From Phormidesmis sp. (GTDB lineage: Bacteria > Cyanobacteriota > Cyanobacteriia > Leptolyngbyales > Leptolyngbyaceae), in assembly GCA_965248535.1 (NCBI GenBank), contig CBDFJR010000002.1:1728001-1792000 (forward strand): a stretch of 64,000 nt of DNA. The letters are read 5' to 3'. The translations under genes and the position numbers were made by a program. Under the pieces are notes generated by a model. The model saw only the letters and a program-made list of their open reading frames with translations, did no database searches and had not been told where the DNA came from. How positions within the stretch are numbered: the stretch's first letter is position 1; each line of letters starts with the position of its first letter. Below are positions 39,720-48,884 of this stretch, piece by piece.

Positions 39720-41948
39720 ATGAGCCTTGCCCCAACTATGGCTGAGACAAACGATCTTACCGTTGAGTCATCTCAATTTAGCCCGGCTGAAGTCGATCAG
39801 CTTGGGCGTTTTTTTGATCTGCTGGTTGACTTAGAAATCATTGATCTACCTGCAAAGTCTCTTGGCTCTGTTTTGGTTGATGCGATCGCGGCTGATGATT
39901 CTCTAGCTGCACCAGAGCCGGATCTGCCCGTTCAATTAGCTGACGCTCCTTTAGTTGCACCAGAACCAGATTTGCCCGTTCAACTTGAGTTCGGGGCGGC
40001 TCTCTGGGCTGACTCAACCGAGGCTGACTCAACCGAGATAGTGGCGATCGCACCGCCTGCTTTAGAGCCACCCGAAGATGCGGTGATGGCCCTAGATCTG
40101 CTGCGAGGGCTGGTGTTGGGGGCTGAAATGTCTGAGGTTCCTCAAAAACTGAGTCAACTAGAGCAACAGATCTATCAGCCCAATGAGTTAAAAAATCTGT
40201 TGCTGCCCTTGGTTGCAGAGCTTTTGCGTCAGACCGTGATCGACTCTCAAGAAGACGTTGTGCAAGCGATCGCGCCCATTATCGATCAAGTGATTCAAAG
40301 TCGAATGGATCACGATCGAGCCTTGATGGGTTTGGCCCTGGCTCCAGCAATTCCTGGGGCAATCACTGAGCAGATTCGCATTTCTCCTGAAGAGTTATCG
40401 ACGGCAATTTCGCCTGTGATAGGAAAAGCAATTCAAAAGCAGATCGTCATTGAGCAAAATACGATCGTCGATGCGCTATACCCCATCATTGGCGGCACGA
40501 TTTCTAAGTACATGGTGGAGACGATCCGAGCGATTAACCAGCAGGTTGAAGAAGCTCTCAGCCCCGCCGGAATTAAACGTAAAATTCGGGCAAAACTTCA
40601 GGGGGTTTCAGAGGCAGAACTCATTCTCAGAGAAGCGGCCCCTTTTACAGTGCAGGCCGTTTTTTTGATTCACAAAGGGTCGGGTTTGGTGATTTCAGAG
40701 ATCCAACGAACCGACAGCCAGCGACTAGAGTCCGACATGATTGCAGGAATGCTGACGGCAATTTGCAGCTTTGCCAATGACTGTATTTCTCAGGCTGGGG
40801 CTGTCTCAGAGCTAGACTCGATCGACTATGGCATGTCTAAAATCATTTTAGAAGTCGCTGGGCATTGCTATCTAGCGATCGTGATTCAAGGAGAGCCAAC
40901 GAAGCAATTTATTGAAGAAATTCGTCAAACACTCCGCAGTTTAGTGACTAACCATAGCACCGTGTTTGAGACATTTAATGGTGATCCTGACTCGGTGCCT
41001 AGTGCAGTCAACACGATTCTAGAATCGCTCAGAAACTCTAGTGCCCCAGACGAGAAATCGTCAGAAAATCGACCGTCTCCACTGGTGCTGATTGGCTTGG
41101 GCGTGTGCAGCTTAATTGCCATTCCATGGGGTTTTTTGCAGTATCGCGGTCATGTGAATCATCAGGCTGAAGTGACCACCACTGCTGCACTGTTATCGGC
41201 TCCAGAATTGGCGGTTTATCGGTTGATGGTGGAGGCTCACTCTGGCAAGCTCAAGTTAACTGGGCAGGTACCCAATCTTGAGTTGCGGCAGAAAGCAGAA
41301 CATCTTGCCACAATCGCCGCGCCCAAAAATTGGTCGATCGAGAACGATATTTTAGCGGTTGAGATTCCTCCAGATCCGGTTTTGACAGCGGCTGAGGTGC
41401 AGCGAGTCACGACTCTGTTTAATCGGATGGAGGGCGCTGCGATCGTAACTCGATACACAGAGGCTCAGATTTCAGTTGAGGGAAGCGTTCTTCGTCTGGC
41501 AGATGCCAAAACCATCACCCAAGGATTTCAGCGCATTCCGGGCGTGAAAGCTGTGTTTAGCACCGTGCAGGTGCAGCCATTAAAAATAGACTCTCGACTC
41601 TATTTTCCAACGGGTTCAGCCCTGTTAAACGCTGAGGATCTAAACAGCAAACTTCAGTCAGTCAAGTCTTTTCTTGATCTGCATTCTCAGACACCGTTGA
41701 AAATTATTGGCTATGGCAGTGCTAGCAATCGCCCGATCGCCGATCAAAAGCTGGCGCTTGAGCGTGCGATCGCGGTACGGACAGCCCTAATTGAACTGGG
41801 AGTTGCGCCCGATCGCTTGCAGGTCAGTGGGGCAGGGGGGTTGCCTCCGGGCATTGAGCCAACTCAACCTGATTGGCTGAGTCGATGCGTTGTGTTTGAA
41901 GTGATCCCTCCCAAACCAGGATCAAACCCATCAAATAAAGAAAGATAA
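39720..41948 (+). CDS. Membrane protein: helical repeats + alpha/beta domain + TM + BON-like + OmpA-like domain
   Basis: TM LVLIGLGVCSLIAIPWGF; KLTGQVP…IENDI (BON-like); YFPTGS…IIGY…LALERAIAV…L…GV…RL (OmpA-like). Confidence 0.85.
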   Translation: MSLAPTMAETNDLTVESSQFSPAEVDQLGRFFDLLVDLEIIDLPAKSLGSVLVDAIAADDSLAAPEPDLPVQLADAPLVAPEPDLPVQLEFGAALWADSTEADSTEIVAIAPPALEPPEDAVMALDLLRGLVLGAEMSEVPQKLSQLEQQIYQPNELKNLLLPLVAELLRQTVIDSQEDVVQAIAPIIDQVIQSRMDHDRALMGLALAPAIPGAITEQIRISPEELSTAISPVIGKAIQKQIVIEQNTIVDALYPIIGGTISKYMVETIRAINQQVEEALSPAGIKRKIRAKLQGVSEAELILREAAPFTVQAVFLIHKGSGLVISEIQRTDSQRLESDMIAGMLTAICSFANDCISQAGAVSELDSIDYGMSKIILEVAGHCYLAIVIQGEPTKQFIEEIRQTLRSLVTNHSTVFETFNGDPDSVPSAVNTILESLRNSSAPDEKSSENRPSPLVLIGLGVCSLIAIPWGFLQYRGHVNHQAEVTTTAALLSAPELAVYRLMVEAHSGKLKLTGQVPNLELRQKAEHLATIAAPKNWSIENDILAVEIPPDPVLTAAEVQRVTTLFNRMEGAAIVTRYTEAQISVEGSVLRLADAKTITQGFQRIPGVKAVFSTVQVQPLKIDSRLYFPTGSALLNAEDLNSKLQSVKSFLDLHSQTPLKIIGYGSASNRPIADQKLALERAIAVRTALIELGVAPDRLQVSGAGGLPPGIEPTQPDWLSRCVVFEVIPPKPGSNPSNKER

Positions 41949-42031
41949 ATTTCTGTTTATTTTAGCGACTTAATTGAGCATTCTTGTAGTGTGTTCTTTA
42001 GAGAGCGCACTTATCGAATTTGAAGTGGATA

Positions 42032-42562
42032 ATGTCTATAATTTCCAAAAAAGTGTGTTTAGTGGGTGACTTTGGGGTTGGTAAAACAAGTTTAATTCGT
42101 CAGTTTGTCGATCGCCAGTTCAGCGATCAATATCTTTCCACAGTGGGCGTTAAAATCTCTCGAAAGGCCATCGACGTTTTGAAGCCTAAATCACAGTTAA
42201 CTCAGAGTTTGCAGCTTTTAATTTGGGATCTTGAGGGCAACACTAAGTTTAAAGCGATTACTCCCAGTCATCTGCAAGGAGCGGCGGGGGTAATTATCGT
42301 GGGAGACGTGACTCGATCGGAAACTCTAGATCACCTATCTGGGCATATCCAGAGTTTTTTAGCCATAAATTCTCAGGGGGCGATCGTGCTGGCCCTAAAC
42401 AAGTCAGATTTGATTCAAGAAGAAGATCTAGACGTTTTGCTAAAACGACACTATGGAGATCAACCAAACCTCTTGGGCATTTATCCTACCTCGGCAAAAA
42501 CGGGAAATAATGTTAACCAAATTTTTGAAATCTTATCTCAAAAGCTAGTCGAATCACTATGA
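42032..42562 (+). CDS. Rab-like small GTPase
   Basis: G1 GDFGVGKTS, G2 YLSTVG, G3 WDLEG, G4 NKSD, G5 TSAK. Confidence 0.93.
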   Translation: MSIISKKVCLVGDFGVGKTSLIRQFVDRQFSDQYLSTVGVKISRKAIDVLKPKSQLTQSLQLLIWDLEGNTKFKAITPSHLQGAAGVIIVGDVTRSETLDHLSGHIQSFLAINSQGAIVLALNKSDLIQEEDLDVLLKRHYGDQPNLLGIYPTSAKTGNNVNQIFEILSQKLVESL

Positions 42563-42732
42563 AAACGCGCCTAAAACAGCCCCTATTGATCCAAAAACTT
42601 GAATAAAAAATCTTTAAAATCAGGGATTCAATTTTCTTAGTTAGGCGTTTACAGTCTTTTGCTTATCAGCCATTGGTCGCTCTAACTTTAACTGCACTTG
42701 CTCCGATAAATCTTGAATAGCTCTACACTGCT

Positions 42733-45123
42733 ATGACTCTTTCTTCTGACCTTAATCGTCTGTGTCTCTTTAGTAAACTTTTAACGTCTCGATCTATCGA
42801 ATATCTGATCGTAGATCAAGAGTTAAAGATTAATGAAACCTCTGCTGGGGCACATCGATATGTCCAATCACCGAGTGATGTAGCACCCGGAAGAGATGTT
42901 CGTGATAGTTTTCCTGAGCTATATGGCTATGAAGAGACTCTCAATGATGTCTTGCAAAAACGGCAAGAGAGACTTGACATTACAGAAATTGCCCGATCGC
43001 TGACGCGCAGCGCTGAAGGGTCATTAGACTTGCCGACCCTTGTTTATATCGATCTCCATATTCTCGAAAATCAGTCTCTTGAAAATAGCTTTGTGATCTT
43101 GATAGAAGAGATTACAGAAGCGATGGTTTTGAGACAATCCCTCGTTCAAGCTGCCAATGAAGCGAATCTTTTATTGAGACAATTAGGGGCTTCTAAGAAA
43201 TATACCGATCAGATTATTACCGCTATCCCTGATGCCTTGATCGTGACAACGCGATCGGGAAAAATTAAAACAATTAATCCGGCTGCAAAAATTCTGTTTG
43301 AATACACAGAAGACGAGCTGCTGGGGCAACCGATTTCAAGTCTTCTTTCAGAGTTGCAGTTTCCCTATCCTACGATCGCTCAAAGTCCTCAAGCTTCAGA
43401 GTCTAGTGAACTTCCTAAAGAAATTGAAACCGTCTGTCAAACAAAGTCAGGTAAAAAAGTCTCGATCGCTGTTTCTTGCTCGACTCCACAGGTAGATATC
43501 GAAGACTTTCAAAGTGTGGTTTATATCGTTCGAGATATGACCGATCGCAAGCAAGCAGAACTGGCAAAACGTGAGTTTTTAGCCATGATTAGTCATGAAA
43601 TTCGCACCCCGATGAATGCTGTCATTGGCATTGCTGGCTTATTGCTAAACACTGAGCTAACGCCTCAACAGCGCGACTTGATAGAAATCATTGGAACCAG
43701 TGGCGATGCACTGCTCACGATCATCAATGACATTCTCGACTTTTCTAAAATGGAGTCTAACAAACTGGAGTTAGAAGAACACCCGTTTAATCTTAGAACT
43801 TGTGTTCAAGAAGCGCTGAATCTACTCACGCCCAAAGCGGTAGAAAAAGGACTCAAGCTTGCCTTTATTGCTGACGCGACTCTGCCGACGCTCGTCGTCG
43901 GAGACAGCACTCGACTTCGCCAAATTTTGATTAACTTACTCGGCAATGCCATCAAGTTTACGCCAACCGGAGAAGTGACAATATCCGCAACGGCCGTGTC
44001 AATCACGCCTACTCCCCAATCGACGCTCCTTTGCGGCATTGAGTTTGCAGTTAAAGATACAGGCATCGGAATCTCCCACGATCGCCGCAATTGTCTATTT
44101 CAAGCCTTTAGTCAGGTAGATGCCTCGATTACCCGGCAATATGGTGGCACGGGGTTGGGGCTGGCGATTTGTAAACAACTCAGCAACCAAATGGGCGGGA
44201 AAATCTGGGTTGAAAGTGAGCCAGGGCAAGGCAGCACGTTTTACTTTACGATCGTGGTCGAAGCGCCTTCTGAACCCGCCATCCCAGAGAGCACACGTCC
44301 TCGACTGTCAGTAGATACTCAGTTTGCTCAACAACATCCTCTGCACATTTTGTTGGCTGAAGATCATCTAGTTAATCAAAAGCTGATGGTGATGGTCTTG
44401 CAGCAGTTAGGCTATCAAATTGATGTGGTCAACAACGGCTTAGAAGTTTTAGACGCTCAACGCAAACAGCCCTATGATGTGATTTTGATGGATGTGCAGA
44501 TGCCCGAAATGGATGGCATCACGGCTACGCAACAAATTTGCCAAACTTGGGCACCGGACGATCGTCCCTACATCATTGCCATGACGGCTAATGCCCTGCG
44601 AGACGATCGTCAACGTTGCCTAGAATCGGGCATGGACGACTATATTACCAAACCCGTCTGCCTAGAAGCGTTAATGCAAGTGTTAAGCAAATGCAAGCCT
44701 CATAGACGTGCTCAGACCCAAGCCCAGCCAGAAAACACCTCCGATTTACATCTCGAATTAGCGCCTCAGACAGTGCGAATTGATTTAGATGCGCTGCAAG
44801 AAATCTATCAAATTGGCGGAAACTCGACAGAATTTTTGGTAGAGATGATTGACTGCTATCTCGAAGAAGCTCCTAAGCTTTTGAAAGCCGCAAGAGATAG
44901 TCTGCTCCAACAAGACCTTATAAAGTTGAAACGAACTGCTCACACGCTGCAATCGAGTAGTGCAACGCTGGGTGCAACAAAACTAGCAATGCTGTGTATA
45001 GAGCTTGAGTCAATGGTCATGACCGATTCACTAACGGCAGCCGCCCATCACGTTGCAGCGCTAGAACTAGAGTATCAGGAAGTAGAAACTGTTTTGCAGC
45101 AAGAACGCCAAAAGCTTCTATAA
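42733..45123 (+). CDS. Hybrid histidine kinase PAS-HisKA-HATPase-REC-Hpt
   Basis: [36 protein letters not shown]. Confidence 0.95.
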   Translation: MTLSSDLNRLCLFSKLLTSRSIEYLIVDQELKINETSAGAHRYVQSPSDVAPGRDVRDSFPELYGYEETLNDVLQKRQERLDITEIARSLTRSAEGSLDLPTLVYIDLHILENQSLENSFVILIEEITEAMVLRQSLVQAANEANLLLRQLGASKKYTDQIITAIPDALIVTTRSGKIKTINPAAKILFEYTEDELLGQPISSLLSELQFPYPTIAQSPQASESSELPKEIETVCQTKSGKKVSIAVSCSTPQVDIEDFQSVVYIVRDMTDRKQAELAKREFLAMISHEIRTPMNAVIGIAGLLLNTELTPQQRDLIEIIGTSGDALLTIINDILDFSKMESNKLELEEHPFNLRTCVQEALNLLTPKAVEKGLKLAFIADATLPTLVVGDSTRLRQILINLLGNAIKFTPTGEVTISATAVSITPTPQSTLLCGIEFAVKDTGIGISHDRRNCLFQAFSQVDASITRQYGGTGLGLAICKQLSNQMGGKIWVESEPGQGSTFYFTIVVEAPSEPAIPESTRPRLSVDTQFAQQHPLHILLAEDHLVNQKLMVMVLQQLGYQIDVVNNGLEVLDAQRKQPYDVILMDVQMPEMDGITATQQICQTWAPDDRPYIIAMTANALRDDRQRCLESGMDDYITKPVCLEALMQVLSKCKPHRRAQTQAQPENTSDLHLELAPQTVRIDLDALQEIYQIGGNSTEFLVEMIDCYLEEAPKLLKAARDSLLQQDLIKLKRTAHTLQSSSATLGATKLAMLCIELESMVMTDSLTAAAHHVAALELEYQEVETVLQQERQKLL

Positions 45124-45249
45124 ATGAGACTTTTGAGACAACAAACCTCTCCTCAAGTTTTGCCAAATTTGGGGGAGCATTTTTTGGCGTTAGCTTTTAA
45201 CTGATTTGGTCATACTAACTGAGTAGTATCTACCCAATATGCTTGATGT

Positions 45250-46410
45250 ATGACAACCTTTTTTAGGGATCAGGTTTTTTTTGAGACCCGATCGCGTCAG
45301 ACGTTAAACCTGCGATCGTCTCAACGGGCTTGGGCCGTTCTCTGGCGTTTGGCAAAGCCCCTTATTGGCAGTGTGAGCCTGTGTCTCAGCGCTGTCTACC
45401 CAGTTCAATCCGTCCCTAAAATTCCTGTCTCAAATTCGGCTAAGTTTTTGATTGCTGGGGCAGATAACTTTAACCCTGGCTTAGAGTTGTTGCCCGTCAA
45501 ACCAGAGCAGCCTAGTTCAGCTAGGGATCTGATAGAAGCGCCATCTCCTAAAGTGGGACTAGAAAGCCTGAAAACTGACTTTCGCAACGATCGAGACAGT
45601 TCAGGTCAGCGGAATCGATTTCTGGGCGAAACGGCTCAGTTTCGCTTAAAAAATGGCAACATGGTTCAGTTTAAAACAGGGTTGAATTCCTTTAAGCAAA
45701 CGGGAGCAGAATCTGTCATTAATAGTCCGCTTCAAGTGGGCTGGGAGGGCAAACTTGGTCATTTTAAGGTGCGCGCAGAGGGCGGCGTTGACCTATTTGA
45801 TCGGTTGCCTGTCGCCCCTAACTTTAGCATTGAAGCCAGTGTTCCTATTTTGCCTAACGCTACGTTATCAGCAGTGTTAGAGAAATCGCCTTATAAGTTT
45901 AATGCTAAAACGCTCAATCATCAAATCTCAGCATTGCGGTTTGGGCCAACGTTGTATGTGCAAATCGATCGCAACACGAGTTTATTTTCTTTTTATCGTC
46001 GAGGCAACTACAGCGACGGCAATCACGAACATCAGTCTTTTACGAGACTAGAACATAAATTTGGACAGTTTTCTGTGTCAGCTAATCTATTCACTTGGAA
46101 CTACGAACACAACGCGCTGGATCGAAAGGGATATTTTTCTCCTCAAGATTTCTTGGTCTATAACGGCGAAATTGGTTGGGAGGGAGATGTGTTTAAGTTT
46201 CTGCGATGCGGACTCACTGCCTCCTTGGGGCGGCAACGGCTAAAGGGTGATTTCTCGAATGCAAACACCTATCAAGCTCACTGCATGGCTCAGGTATCCC
46301 CTCATGTGGAAGCAGGCTTGGGTTACACCTTTAGCAATGTCAAAACTCAAGGCACAGGAGATAGTTCCAATAGTCAGGCGCTGACAGGTCAACTACGCAT
46401 TACGTTTTAG
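45250..46410 (+). CDS. Outer-membrane beta-barrel protein (BcsC C-terminal-like export pore candidate)
   Basis: Alternating beta pattern, YSDGN and GYFSP motifs, terminal F. Confidence 0.7.
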   Translation: MTTFFRDQVFFETRSRQTLNLRSSQRAWAVLWRLAKPLIGSVSLCLSAVYPVQSVPKIPVSNSAKFLIAGADNFNPGLELLPVKPEQPSSARDLIEAPSPKVGLESLKTDFRNDRDSSGQRNRFLGETAQFRLKNGNMVQFKTGLNSFKQTGAESVINSPLQVGWEGKLGHFKVRAEGGVDLFDRLPVAPNFSIEASVPILPNATLSAVLEKSPYKFNAKTLNHQISALRFGPTLYVQIDRNTSLFSFYRRGNYSDGNHEHQSFTRLEHKFGQFSVSANLFTWNYEHNALDRKGYFSPQDFLVYNGEIGWEGDVFKFLRCGLTASLGRQRLKGDFSNANTYQAHCMAQVSPHVEAGLGYTFSNVKTQGTGDSSNSQALTGQLRITF

Positions 46411-46557
46411 CATCGGGATGTGAATCTTAGGATTAATATCACGTTGATTTCAGTGTTTGTATGAAAACGATTGAGTTAAATCGCATCTAACAGCGTTTTC
46501 AGACCATTGGCGGGAACACTAGACATAATCGTTAACAACAAAATCAAGAGCTAGCTC

Positions 46558-48882
46558 ATGAATTCTGATTTTGAGCCACCACCAAAGGGATGGTCAATTC
46601 TAGCTTCTGTCGGCGGAGTAATCACTGCGATCGCAGTTGTGACCAGTCTAGAATCGCTGTCAAGTTACTTTCATAGAACAGATTCTGCATCCGTGTCGAA
46701 AGCGGCAATGATCACGCAGCGCGAATCAGAGCGATTGCTAGATCACACAGTCGAGCAGCAAGCGGCTGCCTGCAAATTTAACCAAAGTATGGCCCCCGAT
46801 CGGGGGATCAAGTTTGAGACTAAAACGTTTCTTAGCCAAGCGATGGGGCAAGTGCGTAGCTATGGTGTGGTGCTGCCTCCCGGCTATGATCAAACGTCTC
46901 AAAAGCGTTACCCGGTGATTTTCTTACTGCACGGCGGGCACGGAGATGCAGGTGGATGGCAAACCTGCGCAGCGATTACCGAAGTGCTGCATAAACTCTA
47001 TAGCAACGGCAAGCTTCCACCTGCAATTATCATCACACCCGATGGCAACGATCGCCGAGGATCAAGTGCCCGCTGGGACCCTGAATATTTTGACGGGGTG
47101 AATGGACGAGTCGCTACCCTAATTGGCTCTGACCTAGTGCAAGAGGTGAAATCGCAGTATCAAGTGCTGAATGATCCCGAATTTTGGGCGATCGGAGGGT
47201 TGTCTTCGGGCGGCTGGGGCGCTTTGAATATTGGGCTGCGCTATGGGGATCAGTTCCACCTTTTGTTTAGCCATAGCGGTTACTTTACTGATGTTAGTGG
47301 GCCCGAAAATAGCCCCGCTGAGTTAGTGCAAAAAATTCCGGCTGAACAACAACAGCAGCTAAAAATTTATTTGGATGCAGGCGCTTCTGACAAACGATTT
47401 TTAGACTCTACTGAGCAATTCCACAAAGTTCTTCAGCGCTTGTCGATCGAGCATGAGTTTCATATGTTCACAGGAGGACATGGCACGACGGGTCAAGACA
47501 GTGGCTGGCGTTATTGGCATGAACATCTAGCTGACTCATTGAGCTATGTCGGCTCTAAATGGCTTGGCAATAGCATAGCTATGTCGCCCGTGGAGAGGGC
47601 TAGTTTAGATGCTCAATTTGCAAAGGTGCTTGACAAAGGGATGGGCGCAAAACCGTCTGAGGTGAAGGTGCAAAATGGGGGTGAGGCTAAAATGTTGACC
47701 GCACAAGAGCTTCAAACAGCACGTCTAGCTTGGAAATATTTTCAGCGCAACTGGAATGAGAAGACGGGCTTGATTAATTCGGCTGATGACTTTGCATCGG
47801 TAACGTTGTGGGATCAGGCTGCCGCGATCGCCGCGATCGTCAGCGCTAGAGAACTCGATTTGATTTCAGACGTAGAGTTCAACGCCAAAATGAATGGGAT
47901 GTTAACCACATTGGCAACGCTGCCCCTCTACAAAAATGAGTTGCCCAACAAAGTTTATAACACCGAAACGCTGCTACCCGTGGATTATGGAGAGTTAACT
48001 AAACGCAAGGAGATTGGTTGGTCAGCGATCGACCTAGGACGTATGGCGCTCTGGCTTAAAATTGTGGGTTCAAAATATCCTCAGTTGCGGACTCAAACAG
48101 AGGCGGTTTGGCAACACTGGAAGGTCGAGCGATTGGTTAAAAATGGGCAACTGTATGGAACAACAGTCAGCGCCCGCGGCGATGGAACAGTCCAGACTAA
48201 AGAACAATATAACCAAGAAGGACGCTTGGGCTATGAAAACTATGCGGCTTATGGGTTAAAGCTGTGGGGCTTAGATGTCAAACAAGCGCTTGATACTCAG
48301 TCAAATGTGGCATTTGTCAATCTCTATGGGCAGGATGTTCCTTATGACCAGCGAGACTATCAGACCTCAGGAGCCAACAATTATGTTCTTAGTGAGCCTT
48401 ATATCTTAGACGGCATTGAGACAGGGTTTCAGGCATTGCCTAAAGCCTATGCCGATCGCGTGTTAGCGGCTCAAGAAGCTCGCTATCAGGCAACCAAACA
48501 GTTGACGGCGATTACTGAAGATAACCTCGATCGTGCGCCTTATTTTGTCTATAACACGCTGTTTGTCAATGGTGAATCTTGGGCAACCATCACCGACACG
48601 CGCCAAAATCGCAACAATCTGCGGTTTCTCAGTGCAAAAGCGGCGATCGGTTGGCACGTTCTCTATAACACGGCTTATACTCAACAACTATTTGAGTTTG
48701 TTCAAGCCAAGCTAAAAAGCGAAACAGGCTGGTACAACGGTTTCTATGAATCTCTGAATCAGCCTAACCGATCGCTGACCGCAAACAACAATGGCGTGAT
48801 TTTAGAAAGTCTGCTCTACAAAAAAGTTGGGCAGCCTCTCACCGTTTGGGCAGGCATTCCATCCTCTGAGCAACCTCATTAA
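46558..48882 (+). CDS. Esterase + DUF3131 fusion protein
   Basis: N-terminal TM; GLSSGG esterase domain; AWKYF, LPNKVYN, GWSAIDLGR, QEGRLGYE, NNNGVILE. Confidence 0.85.
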   Translation: MNSDFEPPPKGWSILASVGGVITAIAVVTSLESLSSYFHRTDSASVSKAAMITQRESERLLDHTVEQQAAACKFNQSMAPDRGIKFETKTFLSQAMGQVRSYGVVLPPGYDQTSQKRYPVIFLLHGGHGDAGGWQTCAAITEVLHKLYSNGKLPPAIIITPDGNDRRGSSARWDPEYFDGVNGRVATLIGSDLVQEVKSQYQVLNDPEFWAIGGLSSGGWGALNIGLRYGDQFHLLFSHSGYFTDVSGPENSPAELVQKIPAEQQQQLKIYLDAGASDKRFLDSTEQFHKVLQRLSIEHEFHMFTGGHGTTGQDSGWRYWHEHLADSLSYVGSKWLGNSIAMSPVERASLDAQFAKVLDKGMGAKPSEVKVQNGGEAKMLTAQELQTARLAWKYFQRNWNEKTGLINSADDFASVTLWDQAAAIAAIVSARELDLISDVEFNAKMNGMLTTLATLPLYKNELPNKVYNTETLLPVDYGELTKRKEIGWSAIDLGRMALWLKIVGSKYPQLRTQTEAVWQHWKVERLVKNGQLYGTTVSARGDGTVQTKEQYNQEGRLGYENYAAYGLKLWGLDVKQALDTQSNVAFVNLYGQDVPYDQRDYQTSGANNYVLSEPYILDGIETGFQALPKAYADRVLAAQEARYQATKQLTAITEDNLDRAPYFVYNTLFVNGESWATITDTRQNRNNLRFLSAKAAIGWHVLYNTAYTQQLFEFVQAKLKSETGWYNGFYESLNQPNRSLTANNNGVILESLLYKKVGQPLTVWAGIPSSEQPH

Positions 48883-48884
48883 TC

